From Mycolicibacterium smegmatis (GTDB taxonomy: Bacteria > Actinomycetota > Actinomycetes > Mycobacteriales > Mycobacteriaceae): a stretch of DNA of 32,000 nucleotides. Of this stretch, positions 16,507 through 31,077 are shown in pieces (position 1 is the stretch's first letter; each line of letters opens with the position of its first letter). The notes under the pieces were generated by a model. It worked only from the letters and a program-made list of their open reading frames with translations. It searched no databases and had not been told where the DNA came from. A program made the translations under genes and the position numbers. The stretch covers positions 5,010,001 through 5,042,000 of the forward strand of contig NZ_LN831039.1 in the NCBI RefSeq assembly GCF_001457595.1, in the 5' to 3' direction.

Positions 16507-18114
16507 ATGAACGCCGACAATTCGCTGGCGCGGCAGCTGGGCCGGGTGCTGGAAACCGTCACACGGCAGAACAGCAGGCTCCCGTCGGGCACGCCGGAGT
16601 ACGGCTCGTGGATCCTCGGCCGCGTCACCGAGAGCCAGAGCAGACGCCGCATCCGCATCCAGCTGATCCTGACGACGTTCGTCGTCATCGCCAACCTGCT
16701 GGGTATCGCGGTGTCGTTCCTGGTGCTCACGGTGCTCTTCCCGTCCCCCAGCGTGTTCGACGCGCGCGTCGCGCCGTACACCTACATCGTCGCGCCCGCC
16801 TACGTCGTGGGCGCGCTCGTCGTCGGGGTCATCTGGGCCACCAACCGCGTGATCGGCAACGTGCGCTGGGCGCTCGAAGAGCGGCCCCCGACGCCGCAGG
16901 ATCAGCGCAACACGTTCTTCGCGCCGTTCCGGCTGACGCGTGTCCTGCTCATCCTGTGGGCGGCGGGTACCGCGTTGCTGACGACGTTGTACGGCATGGT
17001 GGACACCAACTTCATCCCGAAAGTCCTGCTGGGAATCAGCTTTCCGGGCATCGTGGTGTCGGTCAGCTGCCATCTGTTCACCGAGTTCGCGTTGCGGCCC
17101 GTGGCCGCGCAGGCCCTCGAGGCCGGGCCACCCCCGGTGCGACTGGCACCGGGCATCATGGGCCGCACGATGGTGGTGTGGGCGCTCGGATCGGGCGTGC
17201 CGATTCTGGGCATCCTGCTGGCCGGCGTGTTCGCGGTGACGCTGGAGAACCTGACGCCGACGCAGTTCGCCTACGCGGTCATGGGACTCGCGGTGTTCGC
17301 GCTGGTGTTCGGCTTCATCTTGATGTGGATCCTGTCCTGGCTCACCGCAACTCCGATCCGCGTCGTGCGCGCCGCGCTCAACCGCGTCGAGCAGGGCGAC
17401 CTCGACACCAACCTCGTGGTGTTCGACGGCACCGAACTCGGCCAGCTGCAGCGGGGTTTCAACTCGATGGTGCACGGACTGCGCGAGCGCGAGCGTGTAC
17501 GCGACCTGTTCGGCAGGCACGTCGGCCGCGAGGTCGCCGTGCTCGCCGAGCAGCAGAAGTTCACGCTGGGAGGCGAGGAACGCCACGCCGCAGTGGTTTT
17601 CGTCGATGTCATCGGTTCGACGCAGCTGGTCACCAGCCGCCCCGCCGTCGAGGTGGTCGAACTGCTCAACCGGTTCTTCGCGGTGATCGTCGACGAGGTG
17701 GACGCACATCGCGGTCTGGTGAACAAGTTCGAGGGTGACGCGGTGCTCGCGGTGTTCGGCGCCCCGGTGGCGCTCGACAACGCCGAGGACGAGGCGCTCG
17801 GGGCCGCACGCGGCATCGCACGGCGCCTGCGCGAGGAGGTGCCCGAACTCGACGCGGGCATCGGCGTGGCCGCGGGCCAGGTGGTGGCAGGCAACGTCGG
17901 GGCCAAACAGCGCTTCGAGTACACCGTCATCGGTGAACCCGTCAACGAGGCCGCGCGTCTGTGCGAGTTCGCCAAATCGGTGCCCGGCCACGTGGTGGCG
18001 TCGTCGGACACCCTGGCCAACGCGTCCGAAAACGAAAGGGCGCGCTGGTCGTTGGGCGAATCGGTCACGCTGCGCGGCCTCGACGAGCCCACCCGGCTCG
18101 CCGTCCCGGTCTGA
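16507..18114 (+). CDS. membrane-anchored class III adenylate cyclase (multi-TM, HAMP, cyclase homology domain)
   Basis: 535 aa with about six hydrophobic segments in the N-terminal half and a HAMP-like linker (PIRVVRAALNRVEQGDLDTNLVV...). CHD motifs VVFVDVIGST, KFEGDAVLAVFG and VIGEPVNEAARL are present. It is a homologue of the M. tuberculosis Rv1318c/1319c/1320c group, which occupies the same locus. Confidence 0.88.
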   Translation: MNADNSLARQLGRVLETVTRQNSRLPSGTPEYGSWILGRVTESQSRRRIRIQLILTTFVVIANLLGIAVSFLVLTVLFPSPSVFDARVAPYTYIVAPAYVVGALVVGVIWATNRVIGNVRWALEERPPTPQDQRNTFFAPFRLTRVLLILWAAGTALLTTLYGMVDTNFIPKVLLGISFPGIVVSVSCHLFTEFALRPVAAQALEAGPPPVRLAPGIMGRTMVVWALGSGVPILGILLAGVFAVTLENLTPTQFAYAVMGLAVFALVFGFILMWILSWLTATPIRVVRAALNRVEQGDLDTNLVVFDGTELGQLQRGFNSMVHGLRERERVRDLFGRHVGREVAVLAEQQKFTLGGEERHAAVVFVDVIGSTQLVTSRPAVEVVELLNRFFAVIVDEVDAHRGLVNKFEGDAVLAVFGAPVALDNAEDEALGAARGIARRLREEVPELDAGIGVAAGQVVAGNVGAKQRFEYTVIGEPVNEAARLCEFAKSVPGHVVASSDTLANASENERARWSLGESVTLRGLDEPTRLAVPV

Positions 18115-18192
18115 CGACGTCGCCACAGCGGCACCACTTCGATGTCGCTTTTCCGCCAGTGGTGCGGTGGCGCGCATGCCATCGTGGACGAC

Positions 18193-19680
18193 ATGCACGA
18201 GGATTTCGACCGCTGTTACCGGGCCGTGCAGTCCAAGGACGCGCGGTTCGACGGCTGGTTCGTCACCGCCGTGCTCACCACCGGGATCTACTGCAGGCCC
18301 AGTTGCCCCGTACGCCCGCCGCTCGCGCGCAATCTGCGGTTCTATCCGACGGCGGCGGCCGCACAGGCCGCGGGTTTCCGGGCGTGCAAGCGGTGCCGCC
18401 CGGACGCCTCCCCAGGGTCACCCGAATGGAATGTGCGTGGTGACGTCGTCGCCCGGTGCATGCGGTTGATCGCCGACGGCACGGTCGATCGCGAGGGCGT
18501 CACGGGTCTGGCTGCCCGGCTGGGCTACACCACACGCCAGTTGCAGCGCATCACGCAGGCCGAACTCGGTGCCGGTCCCCTCGCACTCGCCCGCGCACAA
18601 CGCGCCCAGACCGCCCGCGTGCTCATCGAGACCACCGAATTGCCGTTCAGCGACGTGGCATTCGCCTCCGGGTTCGCCTCCATCCGCCAGTTCAACGACA
18701 CCGTGCGGGCGGTGTGCGATCTCACCCCGACCGAACTGCGGCACAAGGCCCGCAGCCGGTTCGGACCGGTATCGGCGGCTCCCGGCGCGTTGACGCTGCG
18801 GCTGCCGGTGCGGGCCCCGTTCGCCTACGAGGGGCTGTTCGGACATCTGGCGGCGAGTGCCGCACCGGGTATCGAAGAGGTTCGCGGCGACACCTACCGC
18901 CGCACCCTGCGTCTGCCCCACGGACACGGCATCGTCGGGCTGCGACCGTATCCGGACCACGTGCGCTGCGAACTGGTGCTCGACGACTTCCGCGACCTGG
19001 CTGCGGCGATCGCCCGGTGCCGCCGCCTGCTCGACCTCGACGCCGATCCCGAAGCGGTGGTGGAGTTTCTCGGAGCCGACGCAGACCTGAAAGCGGTGGT
19101 CGCCAAGGCGCCAGGACAGCGGATCCCGCGCACGGTTGACGAGGCCGAACTCGCGTTGCGGGTGGTGATCGGTCAGCAGGTCTCGATCAAGGCGGCCCGC
19201 ACGCATGTGGGCCGGCTCGTCGCACGGTACGGCTCGAGGATCGACGACGAGGGTGGCGGGCTCACGCACGTGTTCCCCAGCGTCGATCAGCTCGCCGAGA
19301 TGAGCCCGGATGATCTGGCGATGCCGGCCTCACGCAAGCGGACCGTGCTGAGCATGGTTCGTGCCCTTGCCGACGGCACGCTGGTCGTCGATCCCGGCTG
19401 TGACTGGGGGCTGGCACGCGAACAACTGCTCGCGCTGCCCGGAGTGGGCCCGTGGACGGCCGAGGTGATCGCCATGCGGGGCCTGGGTGATCCCGACGCG
19501 TTCCCCGCGAGCGATCTCGGTGTGCGCCTGGCCGCGGAACAGTTGGGACTGCCGGCCGATACCCGGGCCCTGACGGCCTACAGCAGCCGGTGGCGGCCGT
19601 GGCGCGCGTACGCGACGCAACATCTGTGGACCACACTCGAACACGACGTCAACCAGTGGCCCGTGCCGCTGGCCACGTGA
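18193..19680 (+). CDS. alkA: bifunctional Ada N-terminal (methylphosphotriester acceptor/AraC-type regulator) and AlkA 3-methyladenine DNA glycosylase fusion
   Basis: From ATG 18193 the protein reads MHEDFDRCYRAVQSKDARFDGWFVTAVLTTGIYCRPSCP...GFRACKRCRPD (Ada Cys4 zinc site). An AraC-type HTH region follows, then an HhH-GPD glycosylase domain (LLALPGVGPWTAEVIAMRGLGDPDAFPASDLG ... WRPWRAYATQHLW). Collinear with Rv1317c as recalled. The 17 upstream codons in the ORF track are probably not translated. Confidence 0.88.
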   Translation: MHEDFDRCYRAVQSKDARFDGWFVTAVLTTGIYCRPSCPVRPPLARNLRFYPTAAAAQAAGFRACKRCRPDASPGSPEWNVRGDVVARCMRLIADGTVDREGVTGLAARLGYTTRQLQRITQAELGAGPLALARAQRAQTARVLIETTELPFSDVAFASGFASIRQFNDTVRAVCDLTPTELRHKARSRFGPVSAAPGALTLRLPVRAPFAYEGLFGHLAASAAPGIEEVRGDTYRRTLRLPHGHGIVGLRPYPDHVRCELVLDDFRDLAAAIARCRRLLDLDADPEAVVEFLGADADLKAVVAKAPGQRIPRTVDEAELALRVVIGQQVSIKAARTHVGRLVARYGSRIDDEGGGLTHVFPSVDQLAEMSPDDLAMPASRKRTVLSMVRALADGTLVVDPGCDWGLAREQLLALPGVGPWTAEVIAMRGLGDPDAFPASDLGVRLAAEQLGLPADTRALTAYSSRWRPWRAYATQHLWTTLEHDVNQWPVPLAT

Positions 19681-19692
19681 AGGGATTGCACC

Positions 19693-20184
19693 GTGACACT
19701 GAAATGCCGCACAGTCGACAGCCCGGTCGGTCCGTTGACCCTCGCGGGCCGCGACGGACACCTGATGCACCTTCGTATGGAGGACCAGACCTATGAGCCC
19801 AGCCGTGACGGTTGGGAGGTCGATGACAGCGCATTTCCTGAAGTTGTCGAACAGCTGGCCGAGTACTTCGCCGGCGAGCGCACTGATTTCGAGTTGTCCC
19901 TCGACCTGGTCGGCACGGCGTTCCAGCGCACGGTGTGGACCGCACTGCGGGAGATCCCGTACGGACAGACGTGTTCGTACGGCGAGATCGCGCGAAAGAT
20001 CGGCTCACCGGGCGCTTCGCGGGCCGTCGGACTGGCCAACGGCCACAATCCCATCGGCATCATCGTGCCGTGCCATCGCGTGATCGGCGCGAACGGAAGT
20101 CTCACGGGTTATGGGGGCGGCCTCGAACGCAAGCGAATGCTGCTCGACTTGGAGAAAAGCCGAATGGCGCCGGCGCTTTTCTGA
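19693..20184 (+). CDS. ogt: methylated-DNA-protein-cysteine methyltransferase
   Basis: 163 aa with active site IVPCHRVIG and HTH region YGEIARKIGSPGASRAVGLANGHNP. GTG 19693 lies 12 nt after the alkA stop with AGGGA upstream, so it is in the same operon as alkA. Matches Rv1316c. Confidence 0.92.
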   Translation: MTLKCRTVDSPVGPLTLAGRDGHLMHLRMEDQTYEPSRDGWEVDDSAFPEVVEQLAEYFAGERTDFELSLDLVGTAFQRTVWTALREIPYGQTCSYGEIARKIGSPGASRAVGLANGHNPIGIIVPCHRVIGANGSLTGYGGGLERKRMLLDLEKSRMAPALF

Positions 20185-20214
20185 ATTCGCGAATTACAAA
20201 TACATATACAGGTG

Positions 20215-20248
20215 CCTGAGCCCCCCAATCGGAATTGGGGGGCTCAGG
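20215..20248. terminator. bidirectional intrinsic terminator shared by the rrn operon (minus) and ogt (plus)
   Basis: Perfect 12-bp stem CCTGAGCCCCCC / GGGGGGCTCAGG with a 10-nt loop AATCGGAATT. It is flanked by T-rich tracts in both transcription directions: TCAATTTGTGTT on plus, and TGTATATGTATTTGTAATT on minus. It lies 8 nt past the 5S 3' end and 30 nt past the ogt stop. Confidence 0.8.
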
Positions 20249-20256
20249 TCAATTTG

Positions 20257-20373
20257 TGTTCGGCGGTGTCCTACTTTTCCACCCGGAAGGGTAGTATCAT
20301 CGGCGCTGGCAGGCTTAGCTTCCGGGTTCGGGATGGGACCGGGCGTTTCCCTGCCGCTATGGACCGCCGTAAC
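20257..20373 (-). rRNA. rrf: 5S ribosomal RNA
   Basis: The reverse complement reads GTTACGGCGGTCCATAGCGGCAGGGAAACGCCCGGTCCCATCCCGAACCCGGAAGCTAAGCCTGCCAGCGCCGATGATACTACCCTTCCGGGTGGAAAAGTAGGACACCGCCGAACA, the mycobacterial 5S sequence. Confidence 0.95.
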
Positions 20374-20511
20374 TCTATTCTCTTATGTGGTGACCCACAT
20401 GAGAGCAAACTTGTGGGTTTGTTTTGGTGGTGGGGTGATCGGTTTGATCATCCGTGGAGTGTGGTTGCGAGCGCGGTGCGTCAATGTTTCTTCTTACAAC
20501 GATTATGGGGT

Positions 20512-25528
<5,017 letters not shown>

Positions 25529-25675
25529 ACAACCCATCCAAAGACAGGTGAATTCACAATCAGAGAAAATCTGACCTAACAAAAAGACACCAAAACTGGC
25601 ATCAAAAACATCCACCCCTAAACGGGAAAAAGAGGCGGACAAAAAACAACAAACAAAAACCACCAAACACACTAT

Positions 25676-25691
25676 TGAGTTCTCAAACAAC
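25676..25691 (-). promoter_or_regulatory. boxA-like antitermination element in the rrn leader
   Basis: The minus strand reads TGTTGTTTGAGAACTC inside the block TGTTGTTTGAGAACTCAATAGTGTGTTTGGTGG. I recall this block as conserved in mycobacterial rrnA leaders. Confidence 0.5.
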
Positions 25692-25732
25692 ACGCCCAGA
25701 TTGTTAGCCGCCCCGTTTTGGGGCAACCCTGC

Positions 25733-25763
25733 CAGCTTAATACTGCTTTGTCTGGCTTGTCAA
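25733..25763 (-). promoter_or_regulatory. candidate rrn promoter (proximal)
   Basis: The minus strand has TTGACA (25763-25758), then TATTAA after 15 nt or TAAGCT (25739-25734, fits TANNNT) after 18 nt. It lies ~140 nt downstream of the murA stop and ~205 nt upstream of mature 16S. Confidence 0.5.
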
Positions 25764-25812
25764 GTCGCTCTGGACCGGGTTGTTCTCTCCGCTCCGCGGC
25801 GACTTCATAAAG

Positions 25813-25840
25813 ATAATACGAGGTTCGTCGCGATTGCAAA
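25813..25840 (-). promoter_or_regulatory. candidate rrn promoter (distal)
   Basis: The minus strand has TTTGCA/TTGCAA (25840-25834) and TATTAT (25818-25813) with a 15-16 nt spacer, in an AT-richer patch just after the murA stop. Confidence 0.4.
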
Positions 25841-25903
25841 TCGCCTGGTCAGAGGCGGTTTGTGACGGATGGGACCAAGCCTGACCGTCACGGGTCTTGC
25901 TTC

Positions 25904-27160
25904 CTACGAGCTTACTCTCTCGATCTCGGCTCCGAGGCTGACCAGGTTTTCCACGAACAACGGATAGCCGCGATCGATGTGGAACACGTCGTGGACCTCG
26001 GTCTCTCCGTCGGCGACCAGGCCGGCGAGCACCAGGCCGGCACCGGCCCGGATGTCCGACGACCACACGGGTGCGCTCGACAACTGCGGGATCCCCCGCA
26101 CCACGGCGTGGTGTCCGTCGGTACGGGCGTCGGCGCCGAGCCGGATCATCTCCTCGACGAACCGGAAGCGCGCCTCGAACACGTTCTCGGTGATCATCGA
26201 CGTCCCGTCGGCGATCGCCGCGAGGCCGATGGCCATCGGCTGCAGGTCGGTCGGGAATCCCGGGAACGGCAGGGTCGCGACATTCACGGCCTTGGGGCGC
26301 TCGTACTGCACGACGCGGAAGCCGTTGTCGTTCTGCGTGACGGTCGCGCCGGCATCGTGCAGTTTGTGCAGGACCAACTGCAGGTGCTGCGGGTCGACGC
26401 CGGTGACCGTGATGTCACCCCTCGTCATCGCCGCGGCGATCCCCCACGTCGCGGCGACGATCCGGTCGCCGATCACGCGGTGCTCGGTCGGATACAGCCG
26501 GTCCACGCCGGTGATCGTCAGGGTCGAGGTTCCCGCGCCGCTGATCTGCGCGCCCATCTCGTTGAGCATCGCGCACAGGTCGACGACGTCGGGTTCACGC
26601 GCCGCGTTGTGGATGGTGGTCACACCCTCGGCCACCACGGCGGCCATCAGGATGTTCTCGGTCGCCCCCACCGACGGGAACTCCAACTGGATCTCGGCGC
26701 CGTGCAGATGGTCGGCCTCGGCCACCACGCAACCGTGCTCGATGTTGCACGTCGCACCCAGTTGCCGCAGACCGGCCTGGTGCATGTCCAGCGGCCGCGA
26801 CCCGATCGCATCCCCACCGGGCAACGCGACCCTGGCCTTCTTGCACCGCCCCACGAGCGGGCCGAGCACACATACCGAGGCCCGGAACTGCCGTACTGCC
26901 GCAAAGTCGGCGTCGTACTTGGGTTCGTCGGGCGAGGTGATCCGCACGGTCGCACCGTCGAGTTCGACGGTCGCCCCCAGCCCCCGCAACACCTCGGCCA
27001 TCAGCGGTACGTCGAGGATGTCGGGGCAATTGGTGATCGTGCTGGTGCCCTCTGCCAACAGCGCGGCTGCCATGAGTTTCAAGACGCTGTTTTTCGCGCC
27101 CCCCACAGCAACTTCGCCTGATAACCGGTTGCCACCGGTCACCACGAAACGCTCGCTCAC
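25904..27160 (-). CDS. murA: UDP-N-acetylglucosamine 1-carboxyvinyltransferase
   Basis: From GTG 27160 the protein reads (M)[37 protein letters not shown]. It is 418 aa and collinear with M. tuberculosis MurA (Rv1315) as recalled. TAGACT lies 7 nt upstream of the GTG. The 16 upstream codons of the ORF track are discounted. Confidence 0.93.
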   Translation of the reverse strand: MSERFVVTGGNRLSGEVAVGGAKNSVLKLMAAALLAEGTSTITNCPDILDVPLMAEVLRGLGATVELDGATVRITSPDEPKYDADFAAVRQFRASVCVLGPLVGRCKKARVALPGGDAIGSRPLDMHQAGLRQLGATCNIEHGCVVAEADHLHGAEIQLEFPSVGATENILMAAVVAEGVTTIHNAAREPDVVDLCAMLNEMGAQISGAGTSTLTITGVDRLYPTEHRVIGDRIVAATWGIAAAMTRGDITVTGVDPQHLQLVLHKLHDAGATVTQNDNGFRVVQYERPKAVNVATLPFPGFPTDLQPMAIGLAAIADGTSMITENVFEARFRFVEEMIRLGADARTDGHHAVVRGIPQLSSAPVWSSDIRAGAGLVLAGLVADGETEVHDVFHIDRGYPLFVENLVSLGAEIERVSS

Positions 27161-27258
27161 GCAGGTAAGTCTAGACAGGCCGCAGATCGGATCGAGAAAC
27201 CTCGCCATAACACGGCATGACCGTTCTGCCTCACCGCTGCCCCGGTAGCGTGCGTGTC

Positions 27259-27831
27259 ATGGCCGTTCATCTCACTCGCATCTACACCAGGACCGGCGAC
27301 GACGGGACCACGGGGCTGAGCGATTTCAGCCGCGTGCCCAAGAACGACGCCCGCTTGACGGCATATGCCGACTGCGACGAGACCAACGCCGCGATCGGCG
27401 TCGCGATCGCGCTCGGCAATCCCGATCAGCAAATCCGGGCGGTATTGCAGCAGATTCAGAACGACCTGTTCGACGCCGGCGCGGATCTGTCCACCCCGCT
27501 CGTCGAAGATCCGAAGTACCCGCCGCTGCGCATCTCGCAGGACTACATCGACCGCCTGGAGAAGTGGTGCGATGAGTTCAACGAGGCTCTGCCCGCGCTC
27601 AACTCGTTCATCCTGCCCGGCGGAACCCCGTTGTCGGCGCTGCTGCATGTGGCCAGGACCGTGGCGCGGCGCGCCGAGCGGTCGGCATGGATCGCGGTGA
27701 ACGAGTTCGGGGACTCGGTGAGTGTGTTGCCTGCGAAGTACCTCAACCGGCTGTCGGACCTGCTGTTCATCCTGTCGCGGGTCGCCAACCCCGAGGGTGA
27801 TGTGCTGTGGAAGCCGGGTGCAAATCAGTAG
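27259..27831 (+). CDS. ATP:cob(I)alamin adenosyltransferase, PduO type (Rv1314c homologue)
   Basis: From ATG 27259 the protein reads MAVHLTRIYTRTGDDGTTGLSDFSRVPKNDARL. The TRxGDxGxT motif and the helical-bundle remainder are typical of the PduO/MMAB family. TAGCGT lies 7 nt upstream of the ATG. Confidence 0.85.
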   Translation: MAVHLTRIYTRTGDDGTTGLSDFSRVPKNDARLTAYADCDETNAAIGVAIALGNPDQQIRAVLQQIQNDLFDAGADLSTPLVEDPKYPPLRISQDYIDRLEKWCDEFNEALPALNSFILPGGTPLSALLHVARTVARRAERSAWIAVNEFGDSVSVLPAKYLNRLSDLLFILSRVANPEGDVLWKPGANQ

Positions 27832-28271
27832 GTGCGGCGCCGCGCGCGCGGTGACGGCCGGGATTCCAGCCAGGAGGTGAATGCCGTCAGCGCGCCTCGG
27901 TCCAGCGCGATCTCGTAGCCCCGCTTGCGCTCGGGGCTGGTGTCGCGCAGTTCCAGGATCACGATCTGATCGGTCATGATGTCGTACTCGTCGCCGCGGG
28001 GCGAGCGGCGCGAGACGACTTCGAGGCCTCGCCTGCTGAGCCGGCGATCAGGCCACCAGCGGATGCTGGAAAGCCGGTAGAAACCGGCTTCCCCTCCGCG
28101 ATAACGCATCACACCGTGCCGCCAGCCGTGGCCGCCGACCGCGGGATAGTCCCGCAGGATCGCCGCCGTTCCGCCCACCTGGCGCAACTTCCACAGCCGG
28201 TAACACAGTGCGATGACCAGTACCAGGAGCACAGCGATGAGCGCGACCATGCCGATCATGGACGCGCTCAT
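27825..28271 (-). CDS. DUF2550 membrane protein (Rv1312 homologue), distal gene of the atp cluster
   Basis: From ATG 28271 the protein reads MSASMIGMVALIAVLLVLVIALCYRLWKLRQ...GGHGWRHGVMRYRGGEAGFYRLSS..., collinear with Rv1312 as recalled. It has one N-terminal TM helix. It starts 8 nt after the atpC stop. Confidence 0.8.
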   Translation of the reverse strand: MSASMIGMVALIAVLLVLVIALCYRLWKLRQVGGTAAILRDYPAVGGHGWRHGVMRYRGGEAGFYRLSSIRWWPDRRLSRRGLEVVSRRSPRGDEYDIMTDQIVILELRDTSPERKRGYEIALDRGALTAFTSWLESRPSPRARRRTY

Positions 28272-28279
28272 CGATGTGA

Positions 28280-28645
28280 CTAGTCGATCTGGCCGAGGGC
28301 GCGCAGCCGCGCCCGGCCCCATGCCGCGGTCCGCTCGTCGTCGGATGCTGCGTCTTCCTTGGCAGCATCCGCGTCGATCTCGGACTCGAATTGTGCGTTC
28401 TCCACGAGGATCCGGACGGTCTCCTCGGTCACCGACAGGAAACCGCCGTCGACCGCGATCCGCAGATCGTCCTCGCCCTCGCGCTCGACCCGAACCATCG
28501 CGTCGTCGACCAGCTGCGCCACGAGCGGGATGTGCCGCGGCAGGATGCCGATCTCACCGGCGGTGGTGCGGGTGAACACGAACGTAGCGGGTCCGGACCA
28601 GAGCTCACGCTCGACGGCGACGATCTCGACGTTCAGATCAGCCAC
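28280..28645 (-). CDS. atpC: F1 ATP synthase subunit epsilon
   Basis: 121 aa, GTG start, [45 protein letters not shown] is typical of epsilon. It follows atpD. Confidence 0.93.
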   Translation of the reverse strand: MADLNVEIVAVERELWSGPATFVFTRTTAGEIGILPRHIPLVAQLVDDAMVRVEREGEDDLRIAVDGGFLSVTEETVRILVENAQFESEIDADAAKEDAASDDERTAAWGRARLRALGQID

Positions 28646-28681
28646 ACCACACCACCTTTCGGACGCTCAAGGACATGGCAA

Positions 28682-31070
<2,389 letters not shown>

Positions 31071-31077
31071 CTGTTAC

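Noticed and set aside
18129-18167. Inverted repeat CGGCACCACT ... AGTGGTGCGG between the cyclase stop and the alkA start, considered as a terminator or Ada box
   Set aside because: It has only an 8-9 bp stem with a 19-nt loop and no T-tract. It does not resemble the E. coli Ada box, and the evidence is too weak to call.
20215-20248. C6/G6 runs considered as an i-motif/G-quadruplex or as an IS terminal inverted repeat
   Set aside because: There are only two runs, they are perfectly complementary as a 12-bp stem, and they are positioned exactly at the end of the rrn operon, so this is a terminator hairpin. No transposase or second repeat copy is nearby.
27169-27176. 8-bp palindrome GTCTAGAC in the murA/adenosyltransferase intergenic region
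   Set aside because: It is short enough to occur by chance, and it is largely explained by the TAGACT -10 candidate for murA.
27161-27258. Possible cobalamin riboswitch upstream of the adenosyltransferase
   Set aside because: The whole intergenic region is 98 bp and the gene looks leaderless. There is no room for a B12 element and no B12-box-like sequence.
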